A stretch of 64,000 bases of DNA from Pseudovirgaria hyperparasitica (taxonomy: Eukaryota): NCBI GenBank assembly GCA_010093815.1, contig ML996573.1; one strand, 5' to 3'. The position numbers were made by a program, and so were the translations under genes. How positions within the stretch are numbered: position 1 is the stretch's first letter; the number at the start of each line of letters is the position of its first letter. Of this stretch, positions 36,651 through 49,585 are shown in pieces. The notes below the pieces were generated by a model that was not told the DNA's origin, made no database searches, and worked only from the letters and a program-made list of their open reading frames with translations.

Positions 36651-37641
36651 TGAGGCGATAAGAAGACACACGTAGAGTGAGAGAGTGGACGCGAAGTGAT
36701 GAAGAGAGACGTGAGAGAGGGACTAGAAAGAGAAGGCAAGCATGATGCGACACGGGCGAAATCACATTTGGCGGCAGTGTCGGGGCGACGACGAGGTTGA
36801 GTTGGACGTTGGAGAGAAAGAAGGTTCAAGGCTTAATAGTGGGAAGTTGGAAGAGATTACCGAAGCGACGTGCCCAGAGGTGAGTGCTATTAGGTGAGAG
36901 GTGCCTTTTCCTGTCTCAGGGGTGGGCCGGGATCAGCGATCTACAGGCACACCACCACGAACCTAAAAGCTGCCGAACCACTACCTAGGCTCTCCTAGGT
37001 ACGAACAACACACAGCGACGATTACTTCTCAACCATAAGAACTCTCCACCAAGATGACAGACAGTACTTACCATGTTCCAATCTCATATGACGTGTAACT
37101 TCATTCAGCAGCCGCTGCTCTTTATGTATAGCCTACTGTACTTATTCGCAGGCGCCTGATTCAGCATACATCCATACCATACGTTGGACCGGGGGCCCCC
37201 TAATTATCGAACAAAAAAAAGAACCCATAAAGATCATATTGAACTTTCTGACTATGAGAGAAGAGTGCTTGAACAGATGTCAGTCTCACACTCCATGTCA
37301 GTGATATGTCTTGTATCTGCAAGCAAATAAATAATACTGCTCGTACATAGTGTTATACAGTACTGTACTGGAGGCTGCTAATAACATCATATCTAGATTA
37401 TATATCTTGATAGAGTTCATGAGCATACGCTTCTTATCATAAAGTTCACTTACTTCGAAAAATGATTTGTAGGTAATTAGCTATCTGGATATATATCTGG
37501 TGTTTAGAAACTGCAGGGCAAAAATTACCCATTGACCCGTGTTATGTAAGTAAGATATCATACCTAGCTCCTCACATCATCGCAAAGCTCCCCTCTTGAG
37601 CGCAACCTCTATCTCCAACGTCCACACTCCACTCTGCCATC

Positions 37642-38260
37642 ATGTCCGCCATGATCGCTCGCTCAGCCATTCGTGCCGCTCGTACAGCAAGGCCTGCCCA
37701 GGCCCGCACTTTCAACACTTCTCGCCCATTATACTCCAACCCAATCACAGGCGAGGGCAAAGAAGAGGGAAAGGCCGCGCTCAAGGCCGGAGCTCGTCGT
37801 GATCCCGAGCTCTACGTACGTGAACCTTGGCCTGAATCTGTCAAATTGAAAATTTGGGGATTCCATTCATAGCTGACAAGCCTCTGATAGGTCCTATTTG
37901 CTATTATGACCGGCGTTTTTGGTCTTGCTGGATGGCATTTTTGTACGTTCTCTACCCAATATTGCATACCCTAACGGCAATCACGAGGCTTCTGAACCAC
38001 GAAGTGCTATCGCATACTAATTCTGAACAGCCCGTAACCCAACGTCGTCCTCTTCCGAGAGCGCTGTTGGCCAAGCCGCCCATACTGAGCCATGGAAGGA
38101 GGGAGGCGGAAAGGGCAAATATCAATTCCACCCCGGTGGTGATAAAAATGCTCCCCGCAAGGATGCTCCTTCCGCTCTCAATGTCACGATCATTCCAAAC
38201 GTCAATCTACCTAAATCCTTACATGATCAATTCAACAAGTACGGCAAGGAAGACTGGTAA
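37642..38260 (+). CDS. Small mitochondrial membrane protein, NDUFA4/MLRQ (B12D)-like
   Basis: Presequence followed by RRDPELY/VLFAIMTGVFGLAGWHF/SRNPT...EPW...GKYQFHP. Introns 37816-37890 and 37943-38030; stop 38258-38260. Confidence 0.75.
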
Positions 38261-39244
38261 ATTATAGATACCTTGACTGGGGGACGGAAAGAGAATCATT
38301 AGAATTGCTTCGAAAGGACGCATGTACAGTTTCGGCGCCAGGAGATATCGTTGATGTAGCATAACAATCGTTCAATCAAGTACCTTTCTTTGTAATCGCG
38401 ATGGGCCGTTAAACTACTCGAAGTTGCGAGGAGCCACACACTTGGACAGAGGAATAACTGGACGCAAACATGACCCTCGCTGCAATTGGGTGCCAGAGCA
38501 CCATATCTATCTTCACCGATCCGATCCGTCCGGGCTACCACACCAAGTACAAAGTAATAGTGTTAGTTCCTAGGCAGTGCGTTCATTATACGGTCAAAAG
38601 CCAACAAAATCCAGATACCAAACGTCTGGCTACTGGTAATTACATGAGAATATCGCTAGACCTGCTATCGTACTGGCACTTCCTGCATACGACATTCGGA
38701 GTTTGTCTCATGGCTATTTGAAGCTACAACCAATTACGTTAGCCTGAAGCTGACCTGCGCGCCACCTGTGCCACGATCGCCGTCTGGAAAAGCCAACCGC
38801 ACCTCCTAATAACACGTGTTGAGATTCTATACACAATTACATATTGCAGTAGTTCTGCTTCCTAAGACCTTGCAATTCAGGTAACCTGACACTACCGGAC
38901 GCCTAAATTGGTGTCTGTGAAGAACAACTTTCTACTTTTTCACACTTGTCTAGCCCTACGTAATTAGCGGGTCTTTGTCTGGACACGAACGCGAAAGCAC
39001 CTCTAGGCAGTTCCACAAACCATAGGGGCTGGCAGCTGAAGCGTCCTCTCCTGCCACAATTCACAAGGCAGCTTCATCTTCGTACATTCTTTTAATCACA
39101 CTTCCTTAATTCCTTCGTATCCACCTACTTCTATCTTCACTGCTTAGTTGGACTATTCGAATCCGCAAGCCTGGTATGAGCCATCCTCCGTAGACCGTCC
39201 ACTATCAACAAGCATTTGCGCGGCCTCATATCAAGCCTGCGAAT

Positions 39245-42200
39245 ATGGCGCAGAAAGCTGGACAGGCTCTGCAGCCTCAGAGTAATACTCCAAGACGGAC
39301 TGGAAAATCTCCATCGCGCTCTCCGGCGAGATCACCGGTGCGAATGCCTGCTCAAGGCAATGGGTTCAAGTCGCAAGAGAAGGTTAAGAATCGAAAAGAT
39401 TACACTTCCGAGGGCGTAACAGATCACGACATATTTGATCTTCCCGGGTCAGACTGGCAATTGCTGGCGGTATTGACTGTCATTGCATCTGTTGTCAGAC
39501 TGTTCAGAATCTACAATCCCAGTAGTGTAGTCTTCGATGAAGTTCAGTACGTGCTGAGTCCATTGAACCTGACCATGAGTGGAGAACGATTAACCAGAGT
39601 AACAGTTTCGGCGGATTTGCATCCAAGTACATAAAGGGCAGGTTCTTCATGGACGTCCATCCTCCTCTCGCGAAGCTCTTAATCACACTGGCTGGTTTTA
39701 TCGGCGGATTTGACGGCAACTTTGACTTCAAAGAGATTGGCAAGGACTACATTGAACCTGGAGTTCCCTATGTGGCTATGCGTCTGTTGCCCGCTATCTG
39801 CGGTGTGATGACTATTCCGACAATGTTCCTAACGCTGAAGACACTCGGGTGCCGCACTACGACAGCAGCACTTGGTGCTGGCCTAATTATCTTCGGTACG
39901 ATCTGACGATATATGAAGGCCCAAAATGGTATCAACTAATATATCGTATAGAGAATGCCCTCCTCACACAATCTCGTCTCATACTTCTTGACGCTCCATT
40001 GGTCATCTTCACCGCCTTCACCGCTTTGGCCTGGCTGTCTTTCATGAATCAACATGAGCAAGGCCCATCCAAAGCGTTCGGACCTTCTTGGTGGTTCTGG
40101 CTTGTAATGAGTGGCTTGGGTCTTGGTGCGACGGCGAGCGTGAAATGGGTTGGCCTGTTCACTATCGCCTGGGTCGGAAGCTTGACGATCGTGCAGCTCT
40201 GGGTACTCCTGGGCGATCCTAAGACTGTCACTCCGGTAAGCACAAGAATGACTTGCGATATGGGATAAAGTATTGATTGTGTACAGAGAATCTGGTTCAA
40301 GCATTTCTTCGCCCGTGTTTTCTGCCTCATAGTCATCCCTGTCACATTCTACATGGCTATGTTCGCGATCCATTTCATTTGTCTGGTTAATCCTGGAGAT
40401 GGAGATGGATTCATGTCATCCGAATTCCAAGCTACATTAAACTCCAAGGGTATGGGTGACGTACCAGCTGATGTTGCCTTTGGCAGCAGAGTCTCCATTC
40501 GTCACCACAACACTCAGGGCGGGTATCTTCACTCACACGCCCACATGTATCCTACCGGCTCAAAGCAACAGCAGATCACGCTTTACCCGCATAAGGATGA
40601 GAACAACATCTGGTTGATGGAAAACCAGACTCAGCCCATACTACCGGACGGCACTCAGATCAATGGAACTACTGCATGGGATAAACTAGACAACACTACG
40701 AATATCGCTAACGGAGCTGTTGTCCGACTTTTCCATGGTGTCACAAACCGTCGTCTTCACTCGCATGATGTACGACCTCCGGTCACGGAGGCCGAATGGC
40801 AGAATGAGGTGTCTGCGTATGGCTACGAAGGATTCGAGGGTGATGCAAATGATATGTTCAGGATCGAGATTGTCAAGTCATTGTCTGAAGCTGGCCCAGC
40901 TCAAGATCGCCTTCGTACCATCCAGACTAAGTTCAGACTCGTGCATTTGATGACTGGTTGCGTACTATTTTCTCACAAAGTCAAGCTTCCCGATTGGGGC
41001 TTTGAGCAACAGGAAGTGACTTGCGCGCGTCAAGGAACATTGCCAAACAGTGTCTGGTACATCGAGTCTAACGAACATCCGCTTTTGGACGAAAACGCTG
41101 AGAAGGTTAATTACCGCAACCCTGGTTTCTTCGGCAAGTTTTGGGAACTGCAGAAGGTGATGTGGAGAACGAATGCGGGCCTCGTAGAGTCTCACGCCTG
41201 GGACTCCAGACCTCCATCATGGCCAATACTCACCCGTGGTATTAATTTCTGGGGCAAGCATCATCGGCAAATTTACCTCATTGGAAACCCAGTCGTCTGG
41301 TGGTCGTCCACTGCTATCATTGCTCTTTACATTGCGGTCAAAGGTCTCGCTGCCCTGAGGTGGCAACGTGGTTACAAGGACTATGCCAACGTCGACTTCA
41401 AGCGTTACGACTACGAAGTTGGTATGACGATCTTGGGTTGGGCTTTCCACTACTTCCCTTTCTACCTGATGCAGCGCCAGCTGTTCTTGCATCATTACTT
41501 ACCTGCATTATACTTCGCAGTCATTGCACTTTGCCAAACATTGGATTTCTTCGGCCACCGATTCTCTGGCCTTGGCCTGAAAACAAGGCCCGCAATCGGT
41601 CAGGCCGGCATGATTGCATTCCTGGCTCTGAGTATCGTTGTCTTTACTCTTTACTCTCCCCTTGCATACGGCAATCCGTGGACCAAGTCTCAGTGCAATA
41701 AAGTCAAGCTTTTCACGACATGGGATTGGGATTGCAACAATTTCTACGACAACGTAAGTATTGTACGACCTCTCAATATAAGGACGAACTGACACAGTCA
41801 TGCAGTATGACTCATATGCGAAGGAAATAACTAGCAGCGTCGCCACGGTACCATCTTCAGCGGCCCCGGTGATTCCAGTCGCGAACAACCAGCAGCAGGC
41901 GCAGCAGCCTATTGTTGAGAAGGCTAAAGATGACAGCGCAGTCACTTCCGAAGCCCCAAAGGTGGCTCAGAAGCCCAGCGCTAAAGTCATTGGCCGAGAG
42001 GAGAAGATCGAGTACCGTGATGATGAAGGCAATGTTCTTGATCCAGAGCAGGTCTCAGCCCTTGAAGGCAAGGTGTCGTTCAAGACTCGCTACGAGACAC
42101 GTACCAGAATTATTGATGCCAATGGCAACGAAGTGTATGACGGCCCTGGTGAAGAAGCACCTGGTGTCGCGCCACCCCATCCCGATGTTGAAGGCCAAAA

Positions 42201-42354
42201 TCCAGAGACAATTGGCCAGAAGCAGGAAGATGCAAGTGATGCACCTCCAACCGTGGGCGTATCAGAAGACATCGAGAAGGAGAAGAAGCAGAAGAAGGGC
42301 GTCAAGGGTAAGCCTAAGCCTGCTAGCGATGCCAACGAAGCCACGAAACAATGA
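39245..42354 (+). CDS. PMT1: Dolichyl-phosphate-mannose:protein O-mannosyltransferase (GT39), Pmt1 subfamily
   Basis: Motifs VVFDEVHFGGF, DVHPPLAKL, MIR repeats (GYLHSH, RRLHSH) and RQLFLHHY; long C-terminal tail; 4 introns. Confidence 0.93.
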
Positions 42355-43842
42355 ATGATTAGAAGGTTGTACTTGCTGTATGAAGGTTCAATAGAATCGC
42401 TGCGTGCAGCTTGACGCTTACAGAGCAGGCAATATACTATGCCGCTCAGATTTCCTTTCTGATATCTTGTATGATAAAGCCTTAGCATTCGCTGGTTGAG
42501 AATCAAAATGGAATCGGGGGTATGTAGATCTTATGACGACATATATTTGGATCATCCCGTATGAGGCCAACAAATGCTGGAACGAGCCTCGTGCCGTCGC
42601 AATCTCTTTCTCTCTTTCTCTCTCGTCTACTTTCAACAGTATCGTCCCCCTGACGACCATTCGGAGTTACTCTACCAGGTACTCTCAACCGCAAGACTTT
42701 CGTTCCATTGCGACGATTCGTCATTGAGGCGCTGACCCTCCGCGCGTTCGTCAGCTAGTCTTGTTTTAGGGTTGATTTGGCGCTGGGTTTCGGAATTTCC
42801 GACTACGCGTGTAGACACGCAGTCCAGTGTATACAGGATGCGGTAAATGCTCGATGAAGACGCTTTGATTCACATTCGATAACTGATTCAGTGTTTGAAA
42901 TATAAGGTCGGACTTTGCGCTTGAATAATGTGTTTGGACAAGTCCCGTAGTCCACTCCAAGCACTTGGCGACCAAGCACGCAATTTTCCTATATGGCACA
43001 TTCTCAACCGAGTCAGACATGTTCCGCAGTCAATTCAATGTTGTGGAGCGTAAACGTCAAGTTGAGGAAGACCAGGACCAGCCGCGTAAGACACGCTTGG
43101 CGCCAAGGCTACCCGCCGGTGCCAAAATCGACAACATCCGCCTTTTACCCACTCACACAGCTGCATTGCATTACCAGGTTAGGGATACACGGGTCTTCCC
43201 GCCATTGCATGCGCGGAGGTCTTGTCGACGCGCAAGTATATCCTAAGTCTTAGCCAGCACTTATCTTGCTGCGCGATTTTGGCCAATAAGATCGTGTCCG
43301 AAAGTCAGCTTCGCGGTCGGAAGATCCCGATCAAGATGTGAAACCGGCTGTTGGATGCTCCTGGAGCGTTTGCATTGTGGCGAGCACTGCATTCCGGTAT
43401 GTATTGTCGCGAGTACATTCATGCCTACTCCCCTTCTTGGATCCAGTGAGTCAGTCGCATATAGTGTACAGTGGAGTATTCGTGGCTCGAGTCTAGGCTC
43501 ACCTACTGCTTGATTTTGATAACTTGACTAAGCCTCGATGGCTAATAGGAGTGATGTTGTTGGTTGAAAAGAGGTGGACTGTGGTTTCAACGACCATGAT
43601 GTCGTTTCGTGGACGAGAGTCAAGAGGGAGCTCCACTTTGTTTACGTCGCCCTGGTGGTTTGGGGATGCGTACAGTCTCGTAGTACTATATAAGAGCATT
43701 CGCTCAATCTGTGGCGTCAAGATCATTCCTGTGTTCAAATCACCACAGTTTCTCGTATTTATCCCTTTATCCTCAAGAATAATCTCCCACGTATGTCATT
43801 TTCGATCGTTGCATCTTCACTCATACTCCTTACTTTTGCACT

Positions 43843-45168
43843 ATGGTTCAACTCAGTTCATTCCTCTCCGCAGCGGCGGCTTCGGTATTCCTAGGCACTA
43901 ACATTGTGCTTTCTCATCCTGGACATGATGTCAAGGCCGAGTATGCTCAGCGTCATGCTGCTCTAGAAGCCATGCCCTTGGAGAAGAAGAGCTTAGCTCG
44001 CTGTGCTGAGAAGCTTAAGGCTCGTGGTCATGAAGCCAAGCTCAAGGCCAGACGTGAGGGCATCGTTGCCAATCTGAGGGAGAAGAGGTCCATCGAACGT
44101 GAGCTACAATGAGATGTAATGGTAAAAAGATGAAGTACTAACATCACCACTTTAGGCCGAGGCTTCCTCCGCGCGCGTGACTTGGACACGGTGCTTGCCA
44201 CCGATCACCACTCCAACCTCACGGGAGTCTCAATTGATTCGTCTGCCGATGATCTCTTCGGTACCCAGAAATCGTGTATTCTCTCCCCCGAGGTCACCCA
44301 AGGCCCCTACTACGTCAGCGGCGAGCTCATCCGCCAGGACATTACCGAAGGCGGCGATGGCGTGCCACTCACCGTTGATGTCCAGCTCTTAGATGTCAAC
44401 ACCTGCGAGCCTGTTCCCGATGTCCTTGTCGACTTCTGGCACTGCAATTCGACCGGTGTTTACAGCGGCGTTATAGCGTCCGGCAATGGCGACCAGTCAG
44501 ACACCACCAACATCGACAAGACCTTCCTCCGCGGTATCCAACAAACCAACGAAGACGGAGTCCTCACCTTCGACACGCTCTTCCCGGGCCACTACACCGG
44601 CCGTGCAGTCCACATACACATCCTCTCCCACACCGGTGCCACCCTACAAGCCAACAACACCATCACCGGCGGCAACACCTCACACGTCGGCCAGATCTTC
44701 TTCGATCAAGACCTCATCTCCACCGTCGAAGCCCAGGAGCCCTACGCCAGCAACACCCAAGAACTCACCGAAAACAGCAAAGACGACATTCTCGCCGAGG
44801 AGGCAGGTGATATTGACCCTTTCATCGAGTACGTCCTTGTCGGTGACGATATCTCCGATGGCGTCTTTGGCTGGATCGCATTTGGCATTGATCCCAGCGC
44901 TAGCTACGATGTATCGCCGGCCGTCATGTATTATGCTGAGGGAGGTGTGGAGAATGAGAATTCGAACTTCGTGGGTCCGGGTGGTGCTGGGGGTCCGCCG
45001 AGTGGCGCTCCAGATGTGCCGGGTGCGCCAGGCACTACACCTGGTGCGGCTGCAACGCCCACGCCGACGATTGCGGGGGTTGTGAGTGCAAGGACTGGAG
45101 CTGCAGCAAAGAAGGGCCTCGCGCTTGGAGCGGCAATGGCGTTGCCATTCGTGCATCTCCTTGGCTGA
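43843..45168 (+). CDS. Secreted intradiol ring-cleavage dioxygenase-like protein with GPI-like C-terminus
   Basis: Signal peptide; motifs CILSPEVTQGPYY, DFWHCNSTGVYSG, FPGHYTGRAVHIH and GQIFFDQ; Pro/Gly linker and hydrophobic tail; one intron near 44099-44155. Confidence 0.9.
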
Positions 45169-45639
45169 GGGATGCCGCCAGTCAGAGGGGGACTAGGGTA
45201 TAAGCTGATGCTTAAGGAGGACGATGTATATAGATATAGTCAAGAGTTGGTGTTCATGATATTAAGGAGGGTAAGCTATATAGATATGGTCTCAGAATGA
45301 GTGCGTAGTTTTCATATGGCGTTATTTCATTCGTTTTCTCGAGGCTCTGTGACATCAGTAAAGTATCTCTCTGCGGTGTGAGCCAGTGATGTACACCTAA
45401 AGCTATCTTGGGAACTGATGAACTCCTATTGTAGCATACATCGTATAAGTGTTACCTTTTGAGCGAAATATGAACGTTATTCTACCCAGTCATTTTCAGT
45501 CTCGGAGGGCGATTTGGCCTAAAAGGAGCCCCCTCCGTGCTAAGACCACTCTAACTTACTCTCCTTGCCTCACATACACACCCAAGCATAAGGGATTAAG
45601 TTTACTTATATTAAATTAATTCACTTATACTATATAAGA

Positions 45640-46673
45640 TTACCCGATTAGAAAAAAAATAGGGGTAGTATTTAAGTCGTCTCGCTAAGTATCTTTAACG
45701 ACTATATTGAGTTAATAACTAAGGATCTTTAGATGGGTAAAAACGCGTAATATTTTCTAGATATTAGGAATATCTAATATAAGCAGACGTATCTAGTAGA
45801 TTTTAAAGAGTTTGCGGCTGAAATCCCGCCGTCGTCGTTCTTGAATCCGTAAACTGGGTCCATTTCCGAGGGTACAGCACATTTGTGGCGGTCGGACTCA
45901 TTCGCCATCTGCTGTTTTCCTTTGATAACCCAAAGTTTTGTGCGATTCTTTTCTGGGATTTGCCAGTAATCTACTGGAAGCATGGCGACTCCTCCGAGTA
46001 GGTTACGTCGGCAAGCAACCTCAAACCTAGAATCTATCTATGTAATATATTTGACTGATATAATTATATTATAGAGTTAGGTATATTTAAGAAACTTACT
46101 ATAAGAACCTGGTTAAAATCGAATAATATAGCTATATATAGAGCCTTACATTATGTTTAATACCACTCTGGTGTTTCTTAGCTGGCGCCAATTCATGTCA
46201 TCCATCTGGACCGGAGGAGTAGCGTCTGGAATATCCGACCAAGCCCAGTCACTGTCAGCGTTTATTGGCCACTGAGGGTAAGTTTCCGAATCGTTTAGTC
46301 GTATCGCAGTTTCAAGCTCGGGATCGTGAGCATGCATTGGACTTTCAGTAGGCGTCTCCGAGGACTGTGTCTGATTGCCTTCTTCGTCTGTAATGACAAT
46401 CTTAGGAACTAGTACGTCTTCCATCAGCGCATCTTCTGCGTCATGGAAGTCGTTCACGGATTCTGCATCTTCGCTATCTAAGGACCCGTATTGCGCGTAA
46501 AGTAATATCCGCCCTTTATATTCAATCTAACATAAGTAATCTAACTAATCGGATTAATAGTTTTAGTGATTTTCTATAAGGCGTAGATTGGCCTTGTATT
46601 CTATTTATTAGAATATTTAAGCAGATTGAGCTTACATGGATTCAGATTGTATGTGCCGAAGTCTGATCAGCAT
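45640..46673 (-). pseudogene. Multi-exon gene remnant with RIP-like TpA-rich patches
   Basis: ORF fragments 46146..46457 and 45774..45983 can be joined by a GTAAGT..TAG intron. The same frame continues through repeated TAA/TAG stops in AT-rich tracts. Confidence 0.55.
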
Positions 46674-47504
46674 TATAGCCAACTCAACGAGTCACCAACA
46701 ACTCGGAATTGATATTCTTACTGCTACACTGTCGTCTCAACTCAACTTCTGAAACCCCACTATGACACCATAGTATGGTCATGTATCTTCAGTGGGAAGT
46801 GGAGCAAACGATAGGGTGTTGTGACTTAGTTGGAGGAAGGCCTGCGGAGGACTTCCTGTCTACAATCTCTCTATCAATCTGTTATGCAGTCGGTGGTAGA
46901 GGTTATTAAAGTAGTCTCTCAGCCTCGCAGACCACTGCTGCTTTGATGTATCCAGATTGTCAAAGGCCTGTGACTCCAAACGAGAACTCAATTTTATCAT
47001 CGCCCCGATTTGGTCACCACAGTTCTCTCTTCATTACCACGAGATCATCCTGTGACAAACAACTATTCCCCTGTGACCGAGACAGATCTGCAAAGAGTAA
47101 ATGTCACCGTTCCGCGCAGAGTTCTGCTAATTAGCTACAGGAGGTCCAAGAGCCCAGGCTGCATGAGACTTTGTGAAAATCAGCCGGGCGACTTATATGT
47201 TTGGGCTTAACAATGATGTATATTGAATTACGTCAGGATTCTCGCAATGTCCTTAATTAAATGTGCGCTGAACATCTACTTTGAAAGGTTTGGGCCAAAC
47301 AGCATGTGAGGTATAAGATCCTCTCGCCGCTTCTCCATTTTAGTACTTCATTGGTGCGCATTCAAGTTTTTACAGATGTTTAGAATATAGACCATCTCTA
47401 GGTTACACATAATCATAGCTTATATCAGAGGCAAACACCTTGCTCAGATATAATTGCTCAATTTGAAATAATATAAGATACTCTATATAACCTGGAACAG
47501 AATC

Positions 47505-47581
47505 GGGCGTGTAGTGTAGTGTAGTGGTATCGCGCATCCTTAGCATGGATGAGGTCCTGGGTTCAATTCCCAGCACGTCCA
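47505..47581 (+). tRNA. tRNA-Ala(AGC), intronless, with an extra GTAGT in the D-arm region
   Basis: Acceptor stem GGGCGTG/CACGTCC with G3:U70; anticodon arm CATCC-TTAGCAT-GGATG; T arm CTGGG-TTCAATT-CCCAG; T5 terminator. Confidence 0.9.
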
Positions 47582-48146
47582 TTTTTGTTCCTTCAACTTG
47601 TGCTTGCCTGAGGTGGCGACAATGCTCTATAAATTTTGTTGTTTTTGGCGCTTATTTGTGCGTGAGACGACTTATATGGGGCTGTGGGGCTATGGAAAGG
47701 TGCTGGTACTAGTGCTGCATGCGAGGGACCTTACCGGATTAGGTAGCATATTTGATGGTGAGGATAATCAATCATATAGCCCATAATGAAGATTCATTAA
47801 TCATCGCATACAAGGGCTCACAGAAGGACTTATGGTGATGACAAAAGATGCGTATAAGGAAAGTAGAATAGGAACGTGAAAGGTAATTAAGGTATTATGG
47901 GGCTAAGCTCCAAAAGTCTAGCGGCCTAGGAAACCAAAGCGGTTACATGCTTGCTGCCAGAGGATAGCAGTAGAGGGAGATAGTAGAGCTTGATGAGGGG
48001 GGTTGGGAAGGTAGAATAGGAACGTGTAAGGTGAAAGAAAAGACCCACCGGTTGCCAGAACTGTGGACCAGAAATAGATTGAAACCGGGCAGCCTAATTA
48101 TAGGAGAACAAACAGATGAGAGCACCCGACCGTCTTCACTGCCGGT

Positions 48147-48265
48147 CCGTCGTGGCTACTGTGCTCCGCGTCCGTCATAGGTACTGGATCCCCATCCGTC
48201 ATGGCTATTGTACTGCCCGCCCGACTGCCATGGCTACTTTACCGCACAACCGTCATGCTCCTGCA
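48147..48265. repeat. Degenerate array of about 25-nt period with core CCGTCATGGCTACT (5 copies)
   Basis: Cores at 48147, 48172, 48196, 48225 and 48250. Confidence 0.55.
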
Positions 48266-48827
48266 CTGGCTGGCCGTACGAATCACAAGATCAGGCCGCT
48301 CCGACACAGATCACCACCCTCATGCCAAAGTGGACCACCCCCTGAGGCATCCGGATTCATGTCAGGACTCGGCGTCCCCAGCAGACGACGGCAATACTCA
48401 CGCTACCCCAAGGCTGAAAGAAGAAGTACGACAGAGAGGTGTACGATATAAGAAGGGAGTAGAAAGAACATTCTATATAGCGACGGTAGAGAAATGAGTC
48501 TTCACCACACAGGTTTCTCTCGCATATAAGATAAGTGCCTAGACCGGAAGGGGCACATTTTTATCGGGCGGAATGAGAAAAAGAAAACCCTCAGACACGG
48601 TGTATGGACGAAGAGAATATATCTAGGTCCTTGACGTAACCTCGATGGTCCTGGCTCTTGAGTGACTAGTGTTGAAATAGCATCATGAACATAGGGTAAA
48701 GAGAAGACTTAAAAGGAAACAGCTGTTCGACCCGGGAGGAAATTTGGAATATGGCTTGCCATTACTTCTCTGTTGGGTATCTTAGAAAGACACACTCTTT
48801 CATCTATAAGCGGTCGCTCGTCACCGA

Positions 48828-49585
48828 TCAGCGAAGATTGCGAATGACGAAATTAGCTCCATTCGCTTGAACACTTGGGCTCTCAGGATACAAGTCATAT
48901 TCCGAATTTAAAGATATCTTTCAAGGGCAACTGTCTGCTTGTCAGCAGCTTCGTTGAGTTCAAAGCCTGCAGATGCAGACCCAGGAAATTCGATCTTTCC
49001 AAGTTCGTGTTGTCACAAACATTACCATCGGAATAAGAGATATCCAGAAACTTTCCGCTGTCATATCACCACGCCTGCGGTACCCTGAAACCCACTTTCG
49101 TGAGCACTGACACACTAGCTGGGTTCACGGTGACTTTTCCTCCGTCTTGATTGATGTTTGAGGCTTGCCCAGGGATGTGGTATGAGTTGCCCAGCGCCAC
49201 GACTGCAGACAGTGTTCTGCCCTCCTGACTGTCAGGAGAGGATTCCTGGAGAGCCCGATTTGCGACAGTGGCGCCTAGGGAGAAGCCGAAGGTTGTTATG
49301 CGTAGATTTGACCTGGGAAATTGTGGATGCTGCGCTGAATCACGCTTGCGATGTCTTCAACACCTATGAAGGTGCTCTCTTGGGAGATGTCGTATGTTGC
49401 CGGATAGTCTGTCTCGTGAACAGTGTCCCCTAGATTGGCGGGACAAAGCCTGGCGAGCATAGGCGCCGTGGCGAAAGATGTGCTAGGTCTCTCCCGTGCC
49501 GCGGCTGTTGTTTGAGGTCAGGATTGTAGGATGGATCTCGAGGTGAGATTGTGGACTGTGCGGTGATTCGCGTAATGGGCACCAT
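48828..49585 (-). pseudogene. Cutinase (CE5, CLE/AXE2-like) pseudogene
   Basis: Ordered motifs across frames: SRGTGE, TDYPA, GVEDI, GFSLGA, VALGNSYHIPG, NINQDGG, LDI..DGNVCD and LYPESPSVQANGANFVIRNL. Stops at 49483-85 and 49066-68, plus frameshifts. Confidence 0.75.

Noticed and set aside
48147..48265. CRISPR interpretation of the repeat-spacer-like array
   Set aside because: The genome is eukaryotic, repeats and spacers are far too short and degenerate, and there are no cas genes.
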